64,000 bases of DNA from a virus: positions 32,001 to 96,000 of the IMG/VR virus record IMGVR_UViG_3300036791_000264. One strand, written 5' to 3'. The position numbers were made by a program, and so were the translations under genes. Below, one piece after another: positions 49,100 to 59,097 of this stretch (position 1 is the first letter of the stretch; each line of letters opens with the position of its first letter). Under the pieces are notes generated by a model, which saw only the letters and a list, made by a program, of their open reading frames with translations, did no database searches and was not told the origin of the DNA.

Positions 49100-49600
49100 A
49101 TGCCTATACCTTTGCCTCAGCCATTCCTGATCATCCCCGGTGATGGCTCCAACCCCGTACACATCCATGACTGCCCCGACCCCAAGCCGCCCATACTGGG
49201 CGTGGCGCTCGTTACCCCCTACATCGCTCAAAGGTGGTTGCATGCCGGCGAGGCCGAGTTCCGCCCGGTGGTCATGGTTGACCACGAGCGTCAGATCCTG
49301 GCCGGTCGAGGAATCGTGGAAGGCGCCGCTCGGGGTGAGGGCGGCACCGCGGCGGCGGTGAACATGGTGGCGGTCGACACCAACGTGGCCGAGACCGCCT
49401 GGACGGCGGTGCAGGCCATGCGGCGGGCCTTTGAGCTACCGGAGACCACCGACGTGCCGGCCCTCGTCCTCTCTGACCACGGGGGCCAGGTGCTGGGCGG
49501 CGCCGAAGCTCTCTACGACCTGCGGAAGCCCGCCGTCTTCATCGTGTTGATCACCCTGCCCGGCGTGGCCGGTCTCAACGCCGATGGGCGGTACAACTGA
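49100..49600 (+). CDS. Hypothetical protein
   Basis: SD GGAG before MPIPLP. Confidence 0.55.
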   Translation: MPIPLPQPFLIIPGDGSNPVHIHDCPDPKPPILGVALVTPYIAQRWLHAGEAEFRPVVMVDHERQILAGRGIVEGAARGEGGTAAAVNMVAVDTNVAETAWTAVQAMRRAFELPETTDVPALVLSDHGGQVLGGAEALYDLRKPAVFIVLITLPGVAGLNADGRYN

Positions 49601-50202
49601 TGGCGAGGAAGAAGAAGCGGGGCGACTGCGCCCTGACATGGTGTACCAACCCGGCCCAGTTCCGGATCTCGGTGGAGTACCCGGAGCCAGAGGCCGAAGA
49701 GGCCAAAGAGACCGACATGGATGAGGAGGAGCGTGAGGTTCGTGACCGGGGCGAGTGGATCGATGATCCTCCCTCTAGCGAAGCCCCTCCGGTTCAGCCC
49801 CTCAAGTTCTACCGGCCCAAGCCCAACCCCTTCGTGCCCAGCGACTACGAGTCTCCCTCCTTCTTCAAGCAGTACGTGATCGTGTGCGCGGAGCATGTGG
49901 ATCACTTCAAGCTGCCCTGGGAGAAGCAGGGCGCCGTGACCGTCGTGCCCTTCGACCCCCTGCCCAAGCTGCCGCAGGGGCATTACGTGCGGGTCAAGCG
50001 GCACGCCTGGTCCGGAGACATCAACGTGCGCCAGCATCTGGTGGGCCACGCTATGTACATCGAATGCGAGACCCTGGCCCCGGAGTCCTGGGAGGGCCGT
50101 ACCGTCATCTTGTACGTCGATGAGGACGACATCGTGGCCCTGATGAAGGAGACCAGGGAAGCCGCCATCCGCACCCGCTCCCGACCCATGGAGGAACCAT
50201 GA
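49600..50202 (+). CDS. Hypothetical protein
   Basis: TGATG coupling. Confidence 0.6.
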   Translation: MARKKKRGDCALTWCTNPAQFRISVEYPEPEAEEAKETDMDEEEREVRDRGEWIDDPPSSEAPPVQPLKFYRPKPNPFVPSDYESPSFFKQYVIVCAEHVDHFKLPWEKQGAVTVVPFDPLPKLPQGHYVRVKRHAWSGDINVRQHLVGHAMYIECETLAPESWEGRTVILYVDEDDIVALMKETREAAIRTRSRPMEEP

Positions 50203-50522
50203 GCAACGTCCGACGCCAAGGCTTCCGGGAGAATCACGACGCTGTCATGGGCATCGACCTGAACAATGTGCATCGTCACGAGGTCGACGCCGCCCAGTCC
50301 ATGCTCAAGCACCTCGATGCCCTGGCGGGGCCGGCGTACGTGGCCTTCCTGCACTTCTATCACATGGACACGGCCAACGCCTGCATGCACGTCGCGGACG
50401 TGAGGTTCAGCCCCTTGACCTTTCGCCTGGCTGAGGCCCTCCAGGACGTGACCCTTGACAGCGGGGAGATTGAGGAGGTGCTGGCCCACCGGGGTCGGTA
50501 TGAGGAGGATCCGGGCCGGTAG
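50199..50522 (+). CDS. Hypothetical protein
   Basis: ATGA coupling. Confidence 0.6.
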   Translation: MSNVRRQGFRENHDAVMGIDLNNVHRHEVDAAQSMLKHLDALAGPAYVAFLHFYHMDTANACMHVADVRFSPLTFRLAEALQDVTLDSGEIEEVLAHRGRYEEDPGR

Positions 50523-50541
50523 GTAGTAGCGATTCTACTTA

Positions 50542-50571
50542 TTGACATGCTCGCAGGGGCATGCCTACAGT
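50542..50571 (+). promoter_or_regulatory. SigA-type promoter
   Basis: TTGACA-N18-TACAGT upstream of 50634. Confidence 0.7.
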
Positions 50572-50633
50572 GGCGCCGGGTACCAGAGGTACCCACCGGC
50601 ACCCCTCGGGTGCCCCACGAAAGGTAGGTAGCT

Positions 50634-51284
50634 ATGAACGGGTCCAATGAGATCCTGGAGGATGAAGACCTCCGCGCTGCTCTGGTGGCGCAGCATCCCC
50701 AGTTGGTGAGGGTTCGCTTTGACGGCTTCGCCGCCGATATGGCGAGTCCGAAGTTCTACTTCACCAGGAACCTTCCTCTGGAGTACAGCCTCACCACCGA
50801 CTATCTGAACACCCACTCGTGGGACAACGGCAGCATCCTCACCAACGCGGATGTCAAGGGCGCCGTTTACGGCCCCTACGACGGTCCCTTTGAGTCGGAC
50901 CTGTTGCACTGGGTTCGCCTTATGTTCACCGACCGGAGTGACTACAACCGTAGCCTGACCTCCGGGTACACCTTCCTGTGTGATCCCGCCACCGGGGTGG
51001 TTTCCCGGCTGTCGGTGTTCGACGTGGGCCGGCATCTTCAGGCCAAAGCCTTTGGTCGGACCTTGGACACCATGGCGAGTGAGGCCCGTAAGGGTCGGGA
51101 CCGTAACAACCGCAGCATCTCTGCCGTGGACAAGCTGCTCGACGGCATCACTGGGCCGGAAGCTGACGCCCTTCGCGCTGAGCTTGGGGACGGGGCGCTC
51201 CGCTTCGGTGGTGAGATCATCGATGCGGTTCGGAAGGTGCTGGGCGCCATCGGGCCTGGCCCCACTCCCAGCGACGACGAATAA
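50634..51284 (+). CDS. Hypothetical protein
   Basis: Has a promoter and SD. Confidence 0.65.
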   Translation: MNGSNEILEDEDLRAALVAQHPQLVRVRFDGFAADMASPKFYFTRNLPLEYSLTTDYLNTHSWDNGSILTNADVKGAVYGPYDGPFESDLLHWVRLMFTDRSDYNRSLTSGYTFLCDPATGVVSRLSVFDVGRHLQAKAFGRTLDTMASEARKGRDRNNRSISAVDKLLDGITGPEADALRAELGDGALRFGGEIIDAVRKVLGAIGPGPTPSDDE

Positions 51285-51287
51285 CCT

Positions 51288-52019
51288 GTGACTTCCAGGG
51301 AAGGTGGGGGGGCACAGGCCCCCCCATCTCGTCGCGACAATGTGATCAGTGAGCGTCGCCACATCAAAGAGGTGATGCGCCAGTCGAGGCTGGCTATGAC
51401 GCAGTCCAACATACGAGATGCCCTTCAGGATCAAGGGATCTCCACCTTGAACGTCCAGAAGCGGCTGTCTGAGTTGGTACAGGACAAGGAGATCCGCCGA
51501 ATAGGCAAGCGCGGGAACTACATCTATTTCCTCCCGGAAGAGGGTGAGGAATGGGAGGGGGAGGAACGGGACACCCCAGGCCGGCGCCTGGTCAGGGAGA
51601 TGGATAAGCCCAAGGTGCTGGCTGAGGCCATGACCATCCTGGAGGAGCGCAAGAGGGGCCGGCAGCATCGGTCACTCGTGCGCCTCTATGAGGAAGCCGC
51701 ACAGCGGCAACTTCGGGCCGAAGAGGAGGATGCTGACCGATTGACCGCGGCGATGGAGAAGCTCCTCAATCAGCGGCTGCGGTACTGGGACTCCTTCATC
51801 CTTACTCTGACTCGATTCGATGAGAAGGTCTGCACCTATTTCCGGGAGTTCGACAACCTCCCTCAACCCCTGGCTAACCAGGCCAGGCACATCGATACCG
51901 GGATCGAGGATGTGCGGCGCCACCTGAGTGCCCTGGAGTTCAAGCTGTTCCCTGGACGGGTCAAGGGCAAGGGTGCCGTCGAGAGGGGTTCGTTCATCGA
52001 CGTGAAAGCAGAGGGGTGA
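51288..52019 (+). CDS. Winged-helix-like + coiled-coil protein
   Basis: 'MTQSNIRDAL...VQKRLSELVQDKEIRRIG..GNYIYF'. Confidence 0.55.
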   Translation: MTSREGGGAQAPPSRRDNVISERRHIKEVMRQSRLAMTQSNIRDALQDQGISTLNVQKRLSELVQDKEIRRIGKRGNYIYFLPEEGEEWEGEERDTPGRRLVREMDKPKVLAEAMTILEERKRGRQHRSLVRLYEEAAQRQLRAEEEDADRLTAAMEKLLNQRLRYWDSFILTLTRFDEKVCTYFREFDNLPQPLANQARHIDTGIEDVRRHLSALEFKLFPGRVKGKGAVERGSFIDVKAEG

Positions 52020-52080
52020 ACCCTTGAATGTTGGCACCATGAGGGCCTATGGTGCCAACATTCACGCCAGGAGGTGCCCA

Positions 52081-52695
52081 ATGCCATTGATAAAAGTCAA
52101 GGTGGATCAAGCCGACATCGACAGAGCAGATAGAAGCAAGTCCATGAAATGTGTGGTGATGCAAGCCATCGCTCGCACTATCCCCGACGCTCATCACATC
52201 GATGTGGACGTCGCCACTATTCGCTGGACGGGTGGCGACGGGGTCCGGGTCTGTTACCTGACCCCCTACAGCGTGTCGGGCTACGTGGTGGCTTTCGACG
52301 CCGGGGACGAGATCTATCCCTTCAGTTTTCAGTTGGACGCTCGTAGCAAGGTGCCCATTCGCCAGCGTAAGCGCACCAAACCGGGTCTGGCCGTTCACCA
52401 GGCTCAGGAGGATGTACGGAAGGCCAAAAAGGAACTGAAGGAGGCCGAGAGCGGCGGGGCCACGGTGAAGGTGGTTCGTGAGTCACAGACCAAGGTCGAG
52501 GCGACCCAGGGGCGGCTGGACAGCGTCAAGGCGGCTTATCGGGGCCAGCAACAGCAGGTCAACATTGGCGATAGCAGTCGAAACGCCCCCCGCCGTGTCT
52601 CAAGAACCTCTCGCCGTAGTTACGGACACCGGGTGATGCGGGTGAATCAAACCCCTCGCCGGCTGGTGAAGAGGAAGGCGGCTGCGACTAGCTGA
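52081..52695 (+). CDS. Hypothetical basic protein
   Basis: SD AGGAGG before MPLIKV. Confidence 0.65.
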   Translation: MPLIKVKVDQADIDRADRSKSMKCVVMQAIARTIPDAHHIDVDVATIRWTGGDGVRVCYLTPYSVSGYVVAFDAGDEIYPFSFQLDARSKVPIRQRKRTKPGLAVHQAQEDVRKAKKELKEAESGGATVKVVRESQTKVEATQGRLDSVKAAYRGQQQQVNIGDSSRNAPRRVSRTSRRSYGHRVMRVNQTPRRLVKRKAAATS

Positions 52696-53009
52696 CTAGC
52701 CCCATGCCGTCAAAAACCTGGGTGGTAGAGGGCAAAGTCCCTGGTCGATTTTCCTATGAGTGCGAGTTCTGCGGCCACTGCGGGGGTAACTACGCCACTA
52801 GGGAAGTGGCCCAGGTCTTCGCCAATGTGCATGGCTCCTACGACGTCCCGGAGCATCGCCCTAAACTCGGGGTGTGAGCCGATCCGGGGACTTCCAGGCC
52901 GAGATCGAGAAGCACCGGGTGCAACGTGAGCCGGCCCAGCATGTGCTGGGGCCGTCCCACGTCGGCGCCTACGCCCAGAGGATCAAGCCCCACCGCCAGG
53001 GGCCTGACG

Positions 53010-53822
53010 TCAGTAGTCAACCGGCTCCTGGGTCTCCGGGTCGATCTCCCGCCCGTCCTTGAAGACGGCGTCGGGCATGGTCTTGATCTGGGAGAGGTAC
53101 TGCACGAAGAGGACGCCCTCCCGGCTTGAGAGCATCTTTGCCGTGCCCCGGTCGGTCCAATACGACCGCTCGCGAGCCGAGAAGTTTTCCTTCGCCATCT
53201 GGGCATGGATCTTCTCCCGCATCTCGTCAAGCTGGGGCTGAACTTCGCGCCGTTTGTAAAAGGCAGACTTGACGTAATCGTCAATGGCCCCGGAATGGCT
53301 GTCCGGATCCTCCTTGCGGATCTTGCCCCACACCAGCTTGCGGCCCTGGCGCTCGTAGTCGTAGTGGGCGAAGGTGGGTGGGCCAACCAGGGGGTAGCGC
53401 TGGATGATGATGCACTCCTGGATGCCCTCACGCTCGCCGCGTTCCCATTCCTCGCCCAGGGAGCCGGGATAGATCTCCGGGTGGTTGGCGTAGAACTCGG
53501 CCTCTAGCACCTCGTCGCTCTTGGGCAACAGGGCGTTGGCGTCTTCGGGTTCCGGCGCATACGTCTTGTAGCGGGCGTCGGCCACCTGGAAGATGACGTC
53601 ACAGGAGAGGAACAGGCTGGCCCAGTAGGCGCACTGACGGGCGCTCTCGGGGCCACCCGCGTGGTACACGATGAAGTGCTGCCGTTCGTCGCGCACCCCT
53701 ACGGTGAAGTTGAGGATGTCGGCGTCGGACTCGTCCGGGCTGTCCCCGTACTGAGCCACCCTCTCCTGCTTCATGCGCCGGGTGATCTCGGCTATGAGGG
53801 CGAACTGGGCGTCACTCGCCAT
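53010..53822 (-). CDS. Hypothetical protein
   Basis: TGATG coupling to the TOPRIM gene. Confidence 0.65.
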   Translation of the reverse strand: MASDAQFALIAEITRRMKQERVAQYGDSPDESDADILNFTVGVRDERQHFIVYHAGGPESARQCAYWASLFLSCDVIFQVADARYKTYAPEPEDANALLPKSDEVLEAEFYANHPEIYPGSLGEEWERGEREGIQECIIIQRYPLVGPPTFAHYDYERQGRKLVWGKIRKEDPDSHSGAIDDYVKSAFYKRREVQPQLDEMREKIHAQMAKENFSARERSYWTDRGTAKMLSSREGVLFVQYLSQIKTMPDAVFKDGREIDPETQEPVDY

Positions 53823-54706
53823 CAGACGGCACTCGCGATCTCGGCCAGCCGTGCCCGATCAGCCTGCTCCTGCTCCAGGCTGGTCTCAAAGGCGTCCTCG
53901 TCCCAGTAGTCGCTGAGGGCATCGGTGTAGAGGGTCCGCAGGTCATCGGGCGGGATGGCCTCGACCTCGACCTGCACCAGTTGCCCGTGGCGCTCGATGA
54001 AGCTGGCGGCACGGGAGTCGGTGTCCTTGCCCAGGGCCACGGGCAGGTTCAGGGACTGGATCTGCTCGGGGCGCACAGCGATGTGCTTGACCTCTTCCCA
54101 CACCGGGCAGCGCTCGGTGAAGTCCCGCAGAATGTCTTCACCGGAGGGGTCGAAGTCGCCGGCATAGACCAGGATGGCCTGGCGTCCATCGGCCTCCACA
54201 TGCTCTCTGACCTCGTCCACATAGGACTGCGAGCCGTAGCCGCGGGTCAGGATGATGGGGAAGCCCAGGCTCCGGTTCACGTCGCTGCCATAGAGGAGGT
54301 TGCCGGCGGCATCGACGGTGTTGGTGGAGAACCAGGACCGTAGCTGGGCCAGCAGCGTGGCCTTCTCACCGGCCAGGTAGATGACGTAGTCCTGGCCCTC
54401 AGTGCGGTCCCGCCGGTAGCGCTCGGTGAGCCAGTTGATGCCATCGCCGGGACTTGTCCAAGACTGGCCCTGGTAGATCTCTCGGGTCTGATCCTGGAGG
54501 GCGTCGAAGGTGCCCTCGCGGCGGGCCTTGGCGGTGAGATCAGACAGCCGGCTGTAGTGGGCCTTGACGTTGCGATAGCCCAGCCCTGGCGTCATGACCA
54601 GGCGGTAGTGGAGTTGTCGGAGCGTGATCAGGTACGGGTAGCTGCGGACAATGGTCAGCGCTTGCCGGATGATCGGCTTCCAGTTGACGGGTGGTGCGGA
54701 TGTCAC
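53822..54706 (-). CDS. Topo VI-A/Spo11-like TOPRIM protein
   Basis: 'TLRQLHYRLV', 'GEK', 'RGYGS', 'YAGDFDPSGEDI', 'VEVEAI'; start chosen at the GTG after SD GGAGG. Confidence 0.8.
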   Translation of the reverse strand: MTSAPPVNWKPIIRQALTIVRSYPYLITLRQLHYRLVMTPGLGYRNVKAHYSRLSDLTAKARREGTFDALQDQTREIYQGQSWTSPGDGINWLTERYRRDRTEGQDYVIYLAGEKATLLAQLRSWFSTNTVDAAGNLLYGSDVNRSLGFPIILTRGYGSQSYVDEVREHVEADGRQAILVYAGDFDPSGEDILRDFTERCPVWEEVKHIAVRPEQIQSLNLPVALGKDTDSRAASFIERHGQLVQVEVEAIPPDDLRTLYTDALSDYWDEDAFETSLEQEQADRARLAEIASAV

Positions 54707-54770
54707 GATGCCTCCTTTGGATGCGTCCCATGGACGCGTCACACTATAGCATCGTTTGCAGGGGTGGCAC

Positions 54771-54818
54771 GAAAAAACCCCCGACTCAGGCGGAAGAGGA
54801 TGAGCCGGGGGTTTTCTC
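54771..54818 (-). terminator. Hairpin terminator after the rpf gene
   Basis: AAAACCCCCGACTCA...TGAGCCGGGGGTTTT with T-tracts on both sides. Confidence 0.65.
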
Positions 54819-54852
54819 TGTTGTGACTACGTGTTCACGTAGCTGTCTGAGG

Positions 54853-55560
54853 TTATACCCCGCACATGCGGCTGGTGTTCGGCCAGGCTCCCCAACCCAC
54901 CTGGGCCTGGAGGTTCTGGTTCACCCGAAGCTGCTCCGAATAGCTGTAGTCGGAAGGCAGGCCGGGGCCACCTCCACCGGCACGCCAGGCACTGATGGTG
55001 TCCTGGAAGGCGCCGTAGTAGCCGTTGCCAGTGTTCGTGGCCGGGTTGTTGCCCGACTCATGCTGGCCGATGCAGCCCCAGACACCACTGCCTCCACCCC
55101 CACCACCGCGGTAGCTGTGGGTGACTACCGGCTGGGGCGCAGGAGGTGTATAAGTCCTGGCAGGAGCCGAATAGTGCTGCACTGGAGGTGTGTATGACGG
55201 GGCGGGGGCGGGTAGTGACACCGAACCGGTGTAGCTCGCAGGCGGGATGTTGATGACGTCGCCTACATAGATCAGGTCCGGGTTGGGTGTGTGGTTGAAG
55301 GCTGCCAAACGGCTCCAGGCCCCTCCTGACCCCAGGTAGCGGACTCCGATGCTCCACAGCGTGTCGCCTGCAACGACCGTGTACTTCTGGAGCGTCGGAG
55401 CCGCTACCGCTACGAGGACGGCCTCTGGGGGCGAACCACTGGCCGGAACCACTGCGCTCACGCTGGTAGGGACGCTTTCCACAGGTTGTGCGGAAGCTGG
55501 GGATATAAAACAGAAGCTGCCGGCGACCAGGCCGGCAGCGGCAAGTAGAAGCCGCTTCAT
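54853..55560 (-). CDS. rpf: Secreted LysM + resuscitation-promoting factor (Rpf) transglycosylase
   Basis: Signal peptide (ASA|Q); LysM 'YTVVAGDTLWSI...NPDLIYVG'; Rpf 'QHESG..TNTGNGYYGAFQ...GWGAWP'. Confidence 0.9.
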   Translation of the reverse strand: MKRLLLAAAGLVAGSFCFISPASAQPVESVPTSVSAVVPASGSPPEAVLVAVAAPTLQKYTVVAGDTLWSIGVRYLGSGGAWSRLAAFNHTPNPDLIYVGDVINIPPASYTGSVSLPAPAPSYTPPVQHYSAPARTYTPPAPQPVVTHSYRGGGGGGSGVWGCIGQHESGNNPATNTGNGYYGAFQDTISAWRAGGGGPGLPSDYSYSEQLRVNQNLQAQVGWGAWPNTSRMCGV

Positions 55561-55791
55561 GGGACTCCTTCGGTCGTGCCCCTTCGGGGCCGTGCTGGTG
55601 GTCTTACGAGGCGGGTGCGCGTTTAGGCGAACCCTTACAGGGTCAAAGGGCGTACCTCCTGGGCTGGGCAGTCACAACAGATCGGCAAGGCTGACACACC
55701 AGGCGCCTCCTGTCCACTGTCACCTCCGGAGGCGCCCTGCTAGGATCCGCGAAAAACCGCTCCCGGCTGGAACCTAGAGAGGGCATTATTA

Positions 55792-56154
55792 GTGTCTACC
55801 GTGACCCGCATCGACACCGACCTTGACACTCGCTTCTTGCAGTGCAGGACGTACAACCACGCCTGGGAAGAGTTCGCCCCCATCGACCTCTACCCACCCA
55901 CGTATGGCTGGAGGCTGTCCCTGCGCTGCATCCGCTGCACTACGGAGCGTCACGACGCCATCGCCTTCAACACCGGCAAGGTCATCGGGCGGCGGTATAT
56001 TTACCCGGACGGCTACGCACAAAAAGGCGTGCCGAAGGTCGTGTTTCGTGAGGCCCTTTTTCAGAAGCTGCGTGTCAAACTGGAGAAGGCCAACGCTATC
56101 GGTGAGGAGGTACCTGAGCCGGCGAAGAGAGGGCGGAAGAAGGTGGCAGTGTGA
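55792..56154 (+). CDS. Zn-binding hypothetical protein
   Basis: CRTYNHAW...LRCIRC...YIYPDGY. Confidence 0.65.
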   Translation: MSTVTRIDTDLDTRFLQCRTYNHAWEEFAPIDLYPPTYGWRLSLRCIRCTTERHDAIAFNTGKVIGRRYIYPDGYAQKGVPKVVFREALFQKLRVKLEKANAIGEEVPEPAKRGRKKVAV

Positions 56155-56990
56155 AGGAGACATGCCGGATCCAGACGGTGACCCCGAAGATGGCCCAGGA
56201 GTGGCTGGAGGGCAACGTCGACAACCGCAACCTGCGGGAGCCACGGGTGCTTGGGCACTCCCAGGTACTCCAGCGGGGCGAGTGGGAGTTGACCGGCGAC
56301 TGCCTGGTCTTCGATGAGGATGGCACCCTGCTCAACGGCCAGCACAGGCTCTCAGCCGTGGTGGTGACCGGGATCCCGGCTCGCTTCGTCATCCTGCGGG
56401 GCGTGCCGGCCAAGGCCCAGGAGGTCATGGACACGGGCCTGTCCCGGACCCTGGGCGATCAGCTTCAACGCCGCGGCGTGCCCTACTACACCTACGTGTC
56501 GAGCGCCCTGTTCTGGCTGCACCGCATGGCCTACAGCGAGGCCACTGGAGTGGCGCACTACGACAGCCCGTCCAACCGGCCCTCCTTCCGCCAGTTGCTG
56601 TCCATCTACGAGGCCAACAAGGAACTCTCCGACGAAGCCCCCAGGATCGGCAGGCACGTCAACAACCTCAAGGTCCGGGCCGGCGCCACCCTGGCGATCT
56701 ACCACCGGCTCAAGCAGCTTGATGCTGAAAATATCGATGAAGAAGTCGACCTATTTTTTGACAAGTTGGTGACCGGAGCCGAACTCAAGGCCAGTGACCC
56801 CATCTTCCGCCTGCGGGAGTGGTGCCTGGAGGACGCCGCCAAGCGGGCCACCAAGGGCCGTGCCCCGGACTATCGCTACGTGGCCTACGTGATCACGGCC
56901 TGGAACAAGTGGCGGGTCGGGGAGCCGATCCGCCAACTCAAGTGGGTCTACACGCCCACCACCAGGATGTCCTGGCCGGTGCCGGAATGA
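56151..56990 (+). CDS. ParB-N-like domain protein
   Basis: 'TPKMAQEWL..N..NR', 'LLNGQHRLSAV', 'DTG..R'. Confidence 0.8.
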   Translation: MKETCRIQTVTPKMAQEWLEGNVDNRNLREPRVLGHSQVLQRGEWELTGDCLVFDEDGTLLNGQHRLSAVVVTGIPARFVILRGVPAKAQEVMDTGLSRTLGDQLQRRGVPYYTYVSSALFWLHRMAYSEATGVAHYDSPSNRPSFRQLLSIYEANKELSDEAPRIGRHVNNLKVRAGATLAIYHRLKQLDAENIDEEVDLFFDKLVTGAELKASDPIFRLREWCLEDAAKRATKGRAPDYRYVAYVITAWNKWRVGEPIRQLKWVYTPTTRMSWPVPE

Positions 56991-58054
56991 CCGCGCTCCA
57001 GCCGCACCAGGCCCCTCTGGACCGGACTGTGCGAGGCATCCTTGAGCGGGCTGCTATCCACGAGGCCATGCGGGAGACCGTGGACGAGAACCCTATCCCT
57101 CAGAGCGTGCTGGAGATGTCCCTGCGGCCCGTAGACGTCGTCCACATCCGCAAGCAGATGGTGGACTGGTGGTCAAAGCGGGGTGAGTGGCAGTACCGCT
57201 ATGCCATGCAGGGCCGGCGCCCCATCGATGAGTCTCACCGTGAGAACGAGGTACTCGACGCGGAGGCGGCTCGGGGCTGGCTGGAAGACGGCTTCCGGGA
57301 GTCTGAACTGTTCTGGGTCTCCCCTGAGATGACCCAGTTGGTCTCGACCATGGCGCCCAGTATTCCGGACTGCATCCCGGAGCCACCCTGTCGGGACGGC
57401 TTCGTGGTCTTCGCCCGGTCTATCCCTGGCCTTGACGCGGAGGCTGAGACCATCATCTACACCACGGCGTACATGTGGCGCACCGTGATCACCAAGGTTG
57501 GGGTCTGCTGGGGCATCGAGACCTACGCCTGGCGTGACTTGATCCACGTCTGGCGCACGATGAGCGAGGAAGAGCGGCTGCTCTTCCGCCAGGTCATGCC
57601 CATGCGACTACACCCCACCGGAGGGTCGGAGTGGCCGGTGGAGAGCATGACCACCGATTTCTCCAGACTGCCCGCCAGCAATCCTCAGATGGAAGCCTCC
57701 ATGCTGGAGGACCGGCGGGTACTGGCGACCTTCTGGGCACTGTGTAGCCAGCGGATAGCTCACCAGGAGATGTACAAGCCTGATCGGGGCCTTCTGCGCC
57801 AGGCCAAGCGCGAGCGCTGGAAGTCGATACCCCCGGTACGGATCGTTCGATTGCGGGAACCCGCCACCCGCAGTCGAACTGGTGCTGGCTCGGACGTGGA
57901 GTGGAGCCACAGGTGGCTCGTCGGTTCTCACTGGCGGAACCAGTGGTACCCCGCGTCCAGCCAGCACCGCCCTAAGTTGATCGAGGCTTACCAGAAGGGG
58001 CCGGCGGATAAGCCCCTGATAGTACGTGAGACCGTGAAGGCCCTGGTGCGATGA
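56987..58054 (+). CDS. Conserved phage protein, paralog of 13193..14209
   Basis: 'WSHRWLVGSHWRNQWY...KGPADKPL'. Confidence 0.7.
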   Translation: MTALQPHQAPLDRTVRGILERAAIHEAMRETVDENPIPQSVLEMSLRPVDVVHIRKQMVDWWSKRGEWQYRYAMQGRRPIDESHRENEVLDAEAARGWLEDGFRESELFWVSPEMTQLVSTMAPSIPDCIPEPPCRDGFVVFARSIPGLDAEAETIIYTTAYMWRTVITKVGVCWGIETYAWRDLIHVWRTMSEEERLLFRQVMPMRLHPTGGSEWPVESMTTDFSRLPASNPQMEASMLEDRRVLATFWALCSQRIAHQEMYKPDRGLLRQAKRERWKSIPPVRIVRLREPATRSRTGAGSDVEWSHRWLVGSHWRNQWYPASSQHRPKLIEAYQKGPADKPLIVRETVKALVR

Positions 58055-58199
58055 GCTACTCCTCTCTCGTTGCTTCGTGGTTCCGGATGACCTTCTGCGT
58101 CTGCGGGGACACGAGGGCAGATCACATTACGGATCGGCGTTGTCAAGTGGAGGGCTGTGACTGTAAGCGCTTCGCCAAGGTGAGGCTTACGGTGGTGCG

Positions 58200-58556
58200 A
58201 TGACTGAGGCGCCTAACCGTTGGTGGTACTGCATCTCCTGCTTCGCGGTCAACGATGGCCTGGAGGAGGGCCGGTGTTGGAACTGTGGTACCTCCTTCCC
58301 TAACAGGCGTAAGAACAAGCCCTGGTGCGAGATGGGCAAGGCGAAGTGTGACGTATGTGGCAATAGCTATGTGACCTGGACTCTGCCGGCTGGCACCACT
58401 ATGACCGTGCCCGATGTGCTGGGGTTCTGCCCCTTCTACTTTGAGCATCACGGTGACAACGCTTACTTCCCACCCATGCTGCCCGCTGTCTACGTACTGG
58501 ACGCCAACAGCTACCGCTATGACGAGAAGCGCAAGAAGCTGGTGAAGATCAGGTGA
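58200..58556 (+). CDS. Cys-rich hypothetical protein
   Basis: Multiple CxxC motifs. Confidence 0.55.
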   Translation: MTEAPNRWWYCISCFAVNDGLEEGRCWNCGTSFPNRRKNKPWCEMGKAKCDVCGNSYVTWTLPAGTTMTVPDVLGFCPFYFEHHGDNAYFPPMLPAVYVLDANSYRYDEKRKKLVKIR

Positions 58557-58827
58557 GCGACATCGACTGCGGTGACCCCGACTGTCTGATCTGTCATCCT
58601 CTGGTGACCAAGACAGGGCGGGTGTTAACTGAGGACGACATACAGGCTTTGGCCGATGAGGCTGAGCTTGGCTACGACTTTTGTGAACACGAGGACTATG
58701 TCGAGGCCGAGACCACGGGCGTCCTAATCCGGCGCTGCGGCAAGTGCAGCGCCACTACTGTGGCTGCTCCTGGTCTCTTTCCGGACCCCCTACCACTCTG
58801 GGTTACAAACAACAGAAAGGAACGGCA

Positions 58828-59097
58828 ATGACAACACTGGTAGCTGAAGCGAACCGCGTCGAGGAGAGTGAGGTTGGCGTGATGGTCATCCTCGACCGGA
58901 CTGGCGACACCCGTCATACCTGGGACCGGCGCAGCGAGGACGAGGTGCAGGTAATCCGCGACCTCTTTGAGCGCATGATCGCCAAGGGCTACCAGGCGTG
59001 GTCGGTGACTCGGAAGGGCGACAAGGATCAGCGCATCACCGAGTTCGACCCCCAGGCTGAGAAGGTGATCTTCGCGCCAGCGCTGGTGGGTGGCTGA
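58828..59097 (+). CDS. 89-aa protein ending in LVGG (candidate ubiquitin-like modifier)
   Basis: SD AAAGGA; 'LDRTGDT..TWD...ITEFDPQAEKVIFAPALVGG*'. Confidence 0.65.
   Translation: MTTLVAEANRVEESEVGVMVILDRTGDTRHTWDRRSEDEVQVIRDLFERMIAKGYQAWSVTRKGDKDQRITEFDPQAEKVIFAPALVGG

Noticed and set aside
55561-55690. Canonical c-di-AMP (ydaO) riboswitch
   Set aside because: The conserved GCCGAA, GGAAC and CCGUCAGCUAA elements are absent; kept only as an unassigned structured leader.
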